A stretch of 64,000 nt of DNA, taken from positions 9,236,764-9,300,763 of the forward strand of contig CM119264.1 of the NCBI GenBank assembly GCA_051294375.1. The letters are read 5' to 3'. The DNA is from Paraspadella gotoi. Taxonomy: Eukaryota > Animalia > Chaetognatha. Shown here piece by piece: positions 55,018 through 64,000 of the stretch (position 1 is the stretch's first letter; every line of letters begins with the position of its first letter). The notes under the pieces are model-generated. The model worked only from the letters and a program-made list of their open reading frames with translations, did not search any database and was not told the origin of the DNA. Made by a program: the position numbers and the translations under genes.

Positions 55018-55055
55018 TTAACAGGAAAACGAATTTTTTTTTTTTTTTTTTTTTC

Positions 55056-55096
55056 CCAAATATTTCGACTTATGTGCTATAGTCTGTCATCAGTGG
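55056..55096 (-). ncRNA. Second (inverted) copy of the hammerhead ribozyme motif
   Basis: The minus strand reads CCA-CTGATGA-CA-GACTATA-gcaca-TAAGTC-GAAA-TATT-TGG: the same cores with small indels in stem II. Confidence 0.62.
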
Positions 55097-55344
55097 CAGA
55101 AAGTGAAAAACCGAGAAAAAAATGATTTGTTTAAAAGAGTATAGAAGAGCAAGGGAAAAAAAGAGAGAGAGAATGAGAAGAGAGAGAGAGACGAGAGGAG
55201 AGGAGAGAGAGAAAAGAAATGACCTTGGTAGGAAATAGGCAGTATTCATGTTAAAAAACACCATCAGTGAATTTTGACCAAAGACCCAAATAAATTGGGT
55301 AGCCGCCCCCTGCCTTCTGTCATGTCAGTTCATGGAGACGGGGT

Positions 55345-56110
55345 TCAAGCATCGGTTTTTATGTAGGCCCCCCAGTTCCTCGTTGAGTCCCTCTCGCTGG
55401 GCCGCTGCTGTGGCCGTCTGATTTCCAAAGCTTCACGGATTTTGGTTATCATAAATAAGTTTTTTTTTGTTTTTTCCGGACATTGTCTTTGGACCGACGG
55501 TGGCGTTCGTAAAATCCGGTGTAATGGTGGCACGTGCTCATAATCTGCGAGATGCCCGAATGGTGCCACTCTTTTTTTTTCAATGAGCTCGGGAATGCTT
55601 CCTTCCATCTTGTCTTTTGAAAATCACTAGTTGTTTGGCCTAATGTAACACGGCTCCTTGTCGGAGCATGGGACAATGTATTTGTATATACCTTTTTTAA
55701 AGTTCAGGATCTGGATGGGTTTTATTTTTGCCTGCAAAGAATGTCTTTGAGTTTGGCTCCTGAGGTAAAACATGTGTTGATACCGGCCTTGGATAAAGAT
55801 CTTTTGAGTGAGTAACCCAAGTTTGGTGTATGTTGGACATGCATTGCAAATGGGCGTGTTCTCTTCTCATGAAGGTTTTCATCTCGAAAAGGAAGGACAT
55901 CAAATAAAATTTTAGGAATACCATCAGAGTCACAGGGAAGTTACTTTGCGTGCGCGGCGGGTTTTGTTTTTGTTGTGATTTGCGTTGTGATTGAGAGGGG
56001 AGGATGGTAAGATGATGCAATTTGTTCTAATTTTGGTCTATTATGGCCATTATCTTCATACATGGTCTAAGGCAAAATTTTAATCTCTTTTTTTGTTTGT
56101 GTGGTGAGGT
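55345..56110 (-). pseudogene. PLE ORF remnant: RT C-terminus + GIY-YIG endonuclease
   Basis: GIY at about 55685-55693 and YI(G)QT at about 55632-55647 with a +1 indel; IREALEI lies downstream. There are multiple frameshifts. Confidence 0.8.
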
Positions 56111-56154
56111 GCCATTTTGATTAATGACTACTGCCTATTCCTACCAAGGTCATT

Positions 56155-56203
<49 letters not shown>

Positions 56204-56263
56204 TTTCCCTTTTCTCATTATACTCTTTTAAACAAATCATTTTTCTCGGTTTTTCACTTTCTG

Positions 56264-56303
56264 CCACTGATGATGACTTAGCAACATAAGTCGAAATATT
56301 TGG
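56264..56303 (+). ncRNA. Minimal type I hammerhead ribozyme motif in PLE terminal repeat
   Basis: CCA-CTGATGA-T-GACTTA-gcaaca-TAAGTC-GAAA-TA-TT-TGG. It has conserved CUGANGA and GAAA cores, a perfect 6-bp stem II, CCA/TGG stem I and a palindromic AAATATTT stem III. This is the layout known for PLE minimal hammerheads. Confidence 0.72.
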
Positions 56304-56570
56304 AAAAAAAAAAAATTTCGTTTGTTAAATGCCACTTTTCTCCCTGATGAAAATAACTAAACTTTATATTAAATTATTAGTTCTTGTCGATGACGTATAT
56401 AAAAATAATATGTAGTCTTTTTTTGCGGATTAGTACGAGAAACGAAGAAAAATGTAGAAAACGGAGTGAGAGTAAAAAAAGGGGGAAAGAATGAGGAGAG
56501 AGTGGGAGCGGAGACAGAGTGTACAATAGAGAGGGGAAGCGGGAGGACAATGCGGAGAAGAGAGAGAGAG

Positions 56571-56642
<72 letters not shown>

Positions 56643-56846
56643 AGAGGTCAAGGGCCCCGAGGGGATAGAACGAGTCAAGGCGCATAGGCCAGACAGTTGA
56701 CGATGACTGACGAAGACGACGACGACGACGTAACGACGACGACGACGACGACGACGTGGGCGTGGGGAGGGGGATTTCCTTCCTTTTACGATTATGCGTT
56801 CCATTCTCTTTCCAGTCTCGTCGGTGGATTTCTTTTTCGCCGACCC

Positions 56847-56927
<81 letters not shown>

Positions 56928-57503
56928 AAGAGAGAGAGGAGAGGAGACGCGGTGGAGAACCGGCAAAAAGTCAGGTTAGTCTTCCCAAGAAACTTTCAGA
57001 TTCATTCGCAACCGAAAACTAACTAAGCAAAGAGGCATACTCATAACTAGTTCCCCGCTGGAACGGATATGATATGGTATTGGTATGAACTAAGTATTTT
57101 TATTTAATTACAATACTCAGTCTTGGAATTAGCAGCGAATAATGAATAATTGTTAATCTGACGCTAATTTCGAGAGAAAAAAAAAAAAAGAAATTTGAGT
57201 CTGATTGGCGTTCGCGTCGTTTTAATTAATTTTATTGATGTTTCCTCCTCGCGGAGGAAAAAAAACAAATTATTGGCGATGACTGGGAATACTTCGATCA
57301 CAACATTCCCGACGCCGGACGTGGAATCCAGTTCCTTTCCTTGCAGCCGTTCATCGCGTCTTGCGAAGGTGGCGCGATCGGGTTGATGACAGAAGTTGTG
57401 ATAACATTGACGATGTTGTTGTGATAACGAGGTAAACGTCGTTCGGCAGAGCGGAGAAAGGTTGTGATGATATCGCGTTAGCGGGAATTCGTAGGGAGGT
57501 GAG

Positions 57504-57547
<44 letters not shown>

Positions 57548-57795
57548 TGATAATCGTCGAATAGGAAGGATGAGGGGAGGAGGGAGAAGGGAGGCGTGAG
57601 TAAAGAATGGGAAGAAAATAAATTTTGGAAAAAGAAAGAAAGAAAAAAAAAAAGAAGCAAAACATCCAAAGCGGAAAGATTGATGTTTCGAGTTTCTTAC
57701 GTAAATTGCTTGTGAATACGAAGTGTTTATATAAAGTTAAAAAATATAAACAACACCCTTTAGACCAAAAGTGGTCCTGCCAAATGACCAAAATG

Positions 57796-57954
57796 TCAAA
57801 AAGTAAACCCTTTTTGCTCTTTTGTCACGGGCCTCGCGCCATACGCTACTACGTCAGCAAGGATTTTCACCGTGAAACCGCTTTTTCTCTCACTTCGTTT
57901 GACTTGGTCGACGTGAAAGGATTTAGAGTGACCGAACTCCTTTGACGTCATCCC

Positions 57955-57986
<32 letters not shown>

Positions 57987-58619
57987 ACGACGCCTTCTTC
58001 GAAGCGGCGGCGCTTTTTGATGCGGAGCCTTTGATTTCGCCGCCGGATCCTGGCACCATGGAGTAGCTGAAGGGCGGAATGGTGGAATGAGAGGGAAGGT
58101 GTTGGCAAGAAGGTGGAAATGGGTGGTGATTGCTGCGAGGAAAGAGAGAGGGGAAGGATTCGTAGGGTGGTCGGAGCGGAAAGAAGTCGTAGAATGGTGG
58201 GAGCGATCGGAGCGATTTGGGCGTGTCGTAATTGATAATCGATTCTCTCTTGGATTTTTATCGGACGATGAATTCAATCGAAAATGAGAAAGATGAAGAA
58301 AAGAAAATGAGAAGACGACGTCACTGAATGATTTAGTAAATCAGTCGTCGTCATTCGGATATTTTTTTTTTTTTAAATACGTCATCTAGGATGACGTCAG
58401 TGCTGGCAATTAACGTAGGCAATTAACGTAGGCAATTAACGTAGGCAATTAACGTAGGCGCTGTCGGTCGTCGTCGGCGTCGAATTTCTTACTGAATGCT
58501 GGAGTTGCTGCTGTGATTGCTGAGGAGGCTTTGATGTCGCCGCCGCAGCCTGAGCTCGTCCTGGAGTCGCGGGAGATTTGCGTATTCCCAGCCTCTGAGA
58601 GAGAGAGAGAGAGAGAGAC

Positions 58620-58685
<66 letters not shown>

Positions 58686-58908
58686 GGTAAGTATTTTAGA
58701 GAAGACCCGAGCCTGAATACTCCTCGAAAGTGGAGGAAACTCGTTTGCATACGAGGAACAGAAAGAACGAGGGAGCGAAGAGCAAGTTCGCTCGACCAGC
58801 GGAACAAACGGGGAGTCGTAAGATACAGAGAGAAACACCTGAGACTCCCTGCAATAATCGGCGCATCTATTTCGAATGGTGCGCTAGAGAGGGGGGAGAA
58901 GAGAGAGA

Positions 58909-58979
<71 letters not shown>

Positions 58980-60839
58980 AGAGAGATTTAAGACTAGAGA
59001 GTTCAAACTTAGAAATAGAAATAGAAATAGAAATGATTACACTTGACCCTGGACAGTATCGAGTACGTCTAATGGTCCTTTGTCTAATAATGCTGAAGGG
59101 CCAATACTAAAACACAGAATCTTTATAGTACACAAGTATTAGGCAGGACTGTGTCCCTTTTTTCTAAAGAATTCCTTGGCAATAAACAAATACATCATTC
59201 AATGTAGTTAAAATTTGTAGTTTTCTACTGTCTATTCGACCGCATTCACTCCAGAACTGGCGATTTGCCACGTTCAGAGCAGAGGGCCTGTTGGCTGTCT
59301 CCAGGGCGGAGGGCCTGACGGCCACGTCCTTTCCTGGAAGATTCACGAAGTGGCTGGTCCTCACTGAAGGTCCCTGACTTCAGGTCGAGTCCTTCAGCAA
59401 TTTTCCATCCCAACCTCCGGTCGTTGTTTTTGCGATAGTACACTAATGCCTGTTTCTGAAACATTCATACAAACTTTTACAACAAAGTTTATGAGAAACC
59501 GTTTTCCATAGGGGAAATGTGAGTTTTTACATTCTCCTCATCTGATCTTTTTGATGATGTCGTCAAAAAGCGTCATTTTTTTCTGCAATGTTTAGGATTC
59601 TCTTCAGTGCAGAAGCAAAACAGGTTTCAGAGAGGTGTTTAGAGTTGCTTGCATCGAGGACTAGGCGATTGGGAGTATGGATTGGTAAGTTCAATAGTAT
59701 TTTCATTGCTTGAATGTGAAGCTTATCGACTTTGTCCCATTGTTGTTGTGTCATATTAATCCATGCAATGCTAGAGTATGGAAAAGGGAAACTGTAAGAG
59801 ATTTGTAAATTGTCATTGAGATGTTATGGTTACTATCATTTAAGTGTTTTGCTATTTTCTTGATCATTAGTACTTTGGACCATGCTTTTGCAATTAATGA
59901 ATCGATGTAGTTACCCCAATTAAGTTTTTCATCTAGATCTACTCCAAGTAACTTAAGTGTTGATTTTCTGATGACCAAGTCATCTCCTATTTTAAATTCA
60001 AAGTTCTCATCATAATGATTTTGCATCTACTGAACAGAGTTGTGATGGACTTTCCCGGTGACAGTGTTAGTTGCCATTCATAGCACCATTTTACAACTTT
60101 ATCAAGGACCGGTTGTATCTTTTTTGCTGCGATCCTTGCAGTTTTACCACTTGCCCAAATGGTTGTGTCATCAGCATATTTAGCACTTCTGACGGTTTTT
60201 ACCAATGAAAGGCCGGTAGGTCTTCAACATATAGATGAAAGATCTGGACTTAGGATGCCGCCTTGAGGTGCTCCCTTCCAGCAACCTTGATTCAGTACAC
60301 TAGATCAGAGAGAGATGAGAAGAGAGAAGCAGAAGAGAGATGTACGAGAGAGAGAGAGAGATTTAAGACTAGAGAGTTCAAACTTAGAGAAAAACGATCG
60401 AAGAGAAAGAAAAGAAAGAAAGGCGACAAAAAAAATTGCATATCAGGAACAATAGAAGAATTAAAAATAAAACGGATAAAATAAAAAGAAAGAATAAGAA
60501 CGAAAGGCGTGGGAAGGCAAGAAGAATTGCTTATTGACAAGATTCCATACATTTTAATTAAATCAAATTCTTTCTGTTAATTATCCGGCGACGCAGAGAC
60601 AAAAAAAAGTCGCAAACGTTTTTAAAGACTTTCTCACTGTAAATTTTTTTTAGTGAGGACATTCTCTATTTTTATAATTTTCCGAAAGCTGACACAATTA
60701 AATGGTGATCGGGTTGTTGTTATCCATCGCGATAATTTCCACATCACTTTGATATCAAACTCACAGACGCCGCATTCTCGATCGCTGAAGCTTGTCCTCG
60801 ATCCTCCCTCGATATTCGTCCACCACATTGACGAATCCT
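57796..60839 (-). CDS. Candidate exons of an unidentified multi-exon gene (partial)
   Basis: Exons 60839-60765 (ctgcag|...|gtgagt), 58594-58493 (ctcag|...|gtaaga) and 58066 onward (ttcag|) join in phase. Product: GFVNVVDEYRGRIEDKLQRSRMRRLGWEYANLPRLQDELRLRRRHQSLLSNHSSNSSIHYSMVPGSGGEIKGSASKSAAASKK... No family recognised. The LINE would be intronic. Confidence 0.5.
58405..58459. repeat. 13-bp tandem repeat (GGCAATTAACGTA) x4
   Basis: Four perfect units read directly from the sequence. Confidence 0.9.
59014..60306 (-). mobile_element. 5'-truncated non-LTR retrotransposon (LINE; RT C-terminal half), copy 1
   Basis: Minus strand: KGAPQGGILSPDL, AKYADDTTIWASG, KWCYEWQLTLSPGKS, LKLLGVDLDEKLNW, IYKSL, DKLHIQAMKILLNLP. 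The 3' tail is (TTTCTA)n. It is flanked by a direct repeat ATTTAAGACTAGAGAGTTCAAACTTAGA (58986-59013 and 60361-60388). The motif style is Jockey/I-group-like; the clade is not determined. Confidence 0.9.
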
Positions 60840-61306
60840 CTGCAGTCAAAAAAAAAAAAAGTAAAATAAAAGAAAGAACAAAATAGCAACTGGACTTCCG
60901 TTAGCAGAGAGAGAGAGAGAGAGAGACGAGAGAGAGAGAGAGAGGAGGAGAGAGAAATGGAAGAAAGAGTAGAGTAGAATGGTATTTAGAGGACACCGAC
61001 GCCTGAACTCTCTCGAAAAGTGGAGAAACTCGTTTTGCATAAACGAGGAACAGATAAGACGAGGAGCGAAAGAGCAAGATTACGCTCGACCAGCGGACAA
61101 CGGGAGAGTCGTAAGCACAGAGAGAAACACCTGAGACTCCCTGGCCAAATAATCGGCGCATCTATTTCGAATGGCTGCGCTAGAGTGGTGAAAGGGGCGA
61201 AGAGAGAGAAGAGAAGAGAGAGGAGAAGAGAGAGAGAAGAGAGAGAGAGGAAAGAGGAGAGAGAGAAAGAGAGAGAGATTTAAGACTAGAGAGTTCAAAC
61301 TTTAGA

Positions 61307-62625
61307 AATAGAAATAGAAATTAGAAATGATTACATTGACCCTGGACTCAGGTATCGAGTACGTCTAATGGTCCTATTGTTTCTAATAACCTGCTGAAGG
61401 GTCAATACTAAAACACAGAATCTTTTATAGTACACAAGTATTAGGCAGGACTGTGTCCCTTTTTTCTAAAGAATTCCTTGGCAATAAACAAATACATCAT
61501 TCAATGTAGTTAAAATTGTAGTTTTCTACTGTCTATTCGACCGCATTCAACTCCAGAACTGGCGATTTGGCCACGTTCAGAGCAGAGGGCCTGTTGGCTG
61601 TCTCCAGGGCGGAGGCGCCTGACGGCCACGTCCTTTCCCTGGAAGATTCACGAAGTGGCTGGTCCTCAACTGAAGGTCCACTGGACTTCAGGGTCGAGTC
61701 CTTCAGCAATTTTCCATTCCCAACCTCGGGTCGTTGTTTTTGCGATAGTACACTAATGCCTGTTCTGAAACATTCATAACAAACTTTTACAACAAAGTTT
61801 ATTGAGAAACCGTTTTCCATAGGGGAAATGTGAGTTTTTTACATTCTCCTCATCTGATCTTTTGAATGATGTCGTCAAAAAGCGTTCATTTTTTTCTGCA
61901 ATGTTTAGGATTCTCTTCAGTGCAGAAGCAAAAACAGGTTTCAGAGAGGTTTGTAGAGTTGCTTGCATCGAGGACTAGGGCGATTGGGAGTATGGATTTG
62001 GTAAGTTCAATAGTATTTTCATTGCTTGAATGTGAAGCTTATCGACTTTGTCCCATTGTTGTTGTGTCATATTAATCCATGCCAATGCTAGAGTATTGGA
62101 AAAGGAAACTGTAAGAGATTTGTAAATTGTCATTGAGATGTTATGGTTACTATCATTTAAGTGTTTTTGCTATTTTCTTGATCATTAGTACTTTGGACCA
62201 TGCTTTTGCAATTACATGAATCGATGTAGTTACCCCAATTAAGTTTTTCATCTAGATCTACTCCAAGTAACTTAAGTGTTGATTTTCTGATGACCAAGTC
62301 ATCTCCTATTTTAAATTTCAAAGTTCTCATCATAATGATTTTGGCATCTACTGAACAGAGTTGTGATGGACTTTCCCGGTGACAGTGTTAGTTGCCATTC
62401 ATAGCACCATTTTACAACTTTATCAAGGACCGGTTGTATCTTTTTTGCTGCGATCCTTGCAGTTTTACCACTTGCCCAATGGTTGTGTCATCAGCATATT
62501 TAGCACTTCTGACGTTTTTAACCAATGATAAGGCCGGTAGGTCTTCAACATATAGAATGAAAGATCTGGACTTAGGATGCCGCCTTGAGGTGCTCCCTTT
62601 CCCAGAACCTTGATTCAGACACTAG

Positions 62626-62628
<3 letters not shown>
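61307..62628 (-). mobile_element. Same LINE insertion, copy 2 (within tandem segmental duplicate)
   Basis: Near-identical to 59014-60306 including both flanks, differing mainly by single-base indels. Confidence 0.85.
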
Positions 62629-62668
<40 letters not shown>

Positions 62669-63516
62669 TTTAAGACTGAGAGTTCAAACTTAGAGAAAAA
62701 CGATCGAAGAGAAAGAAAAGAAAGAAAGGCGACAAAAAAAATTGCATATCAGGAACAATAGAAGAATTAATATTAATTAAAATTAACGGATAAATATAAA
62801 AAGAAAGAATAAGAACGAAAGGCGTGGGAAGGCAAGAAGAATTGCTTATTGACAAGATTCCATACATTTTAATTAAATCAAATTCTTTCTGTTAATTATC
62901 CGGACGACCAGAGACAAAAAAAGTCGCAAACGTTTTTTAAAGACTTTCTCTCTCGTAAATTTTTTTAGTGAGGTCATTCTCTATTTTTATAATTTTCCGA
63001 AAGCTCACACAATTAAATGGTGATCGGGTTGTTGTTATTTCATCGCGATAATTTTCCAAATCACTTTGATATCAAACTCACAGACGCCGCATTCTCGATC
63101 GCTGAAGCTTGTCCTCGATCCTCCCTCGATATTCGTCCACCACATTGACGAATCCTCTGCAGTCAAAAAAAAAAAAAGTAAAATAAAAGAAAGAACAAAT
63201 AGCAACTGGACTTCCGTTAGGAGAGAGTGAGAGAGAGAGAATTTCGCCCGGTGGAATACAGATCGGGATTCCTCGAAAACTGATAGGCGAAAAGAAAAAA
63301 AAAAAGGAGAGAGTATAAAACATCTTCTCATTACTTTCTTACTTCCCCCCCTCCCGCTCCCCCTTGTTTTTCTTCCTTTTTTATATCGGACCTGGAATTC
63401 GCTTAAATTTGTTTCGCGAATTCTACGCACACACATAAACCGGTGGCTAAACAAATAAACAAAACAGAAATAGAAAAACGCGGAGGAGAGAGAGATATGA
63501 AAGCGACAAGAGAGAA

Positions 63517-63572
<56 letters not shown>

Positions 63573-63959
63573 GTTATTCCAAATTAAAAGTTTAAAAAGA
63601 ACAAAGAAAAGCTAAAACATGGACTACGNNNNNNNNNNNNNNNNNNNNNNNNNATCCTTTAGGAGAGAGTGAGAGAGAGAGAATTTGCCCCGGTGGAATA
63701 CAGATCGGGATCCTCGAAACTGATAGGCGAAAGAAAAAAAAAAAAGGAGAGAGTATAAACATCTTCTCCATTACTTTCTTACTCCCCCCCCCTCCCCGCT
63801 CCCCCTTGTTTTTCTTCCTTTTTATATCGGACCTGAATTCGCTTAAATTTGTTTCGCGAATCTACGCACACACATAAACCGGTGGCTAAACAAATAAACA
63901 AAACAGAAATAGAAAAACGCGGAGGAGAGAGAGATATGAAAGCGACAAGAGAGAAAGGA

Positions 63960-64000
<41 letters not shown>

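Larger units (their letters stand above)
55030..56323 (-). mobile_element. Penelope-like retroelement, 5'-truncated, with inverted terminal repeats (~220 bp)
   Basis: Minus-strand frameshifted peptides: MYEDNGH (end of RT thumb), PNLGYSLKRSLSKAGINTCFTSGAKLKDILC..KNKTHPDP (linker), KGIYKY..PC....CYI/GQT...TRWKE and KIREALEIRR...GAYIKTDA (GIY-YIG endonuclease). About 55030-55250 is the reverse complement of about 56115-56323. Confidence 0.88.
58597..63220. repeat. Tandem ~2.3-kb duplication joined inside a (GA)n tract
   Basis: About 58597-60905 repeats as about 60906-63220. In addition, 63218-63570 is repeated after the 25-N gap (63629-63653). Confidence 0.85.

Noticed and set aside
56344-56360. 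Additional CTGATGA just outside the PLE repeat
   Set aside because: No stem II plus GAAA partner follows it.

Overview
Eukaryotic, probably invertebrate animal (inference), genomic scaffold dominated by (AG)n, (AAAG)n, (GAC)n and (ATT)n microsatellites. It is an error-prone, gap-filled assembly with several 25-N spacers, one 882-N gap, and indel-rich direct and inverted duplicates. Nearly all ORFs in the supplied track are microsatellite read-throughs. Supported content: (1) a complete 4-exon minus-strand Tctex-1-family dynein light chain gene (28596-30575, 131 aa) that the ORF track misses; (2) a Gypsy/Ty3 LTR-retrotransposon 3' portion (integrase, PPT, LTR; 9909-12843) and a 2.2-kb TIR DNA element (19555-21792), which occupy the same ATAT site in two inverted copies of one locus; (3) a 5'-truncated Penelope-like element (GIY-YIG) flanked by inverted terminal repeats, each carrying a minimal hammerhead ribozyme motif (55030-56323), next to a TTAA-type TIR element (53692-55017); (4) a 5'-truncated LINE RT present twice, with an unusually long target duplication; (5) a MITE, two minisatellites and several weaker exon candidates. 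I found no prokaryotic features and no true CRISPR array, and I cannot support a wholly new system. The best leads are the ribozyme pair, the shared insertion site and the repeat-spacer-like minisatellite.
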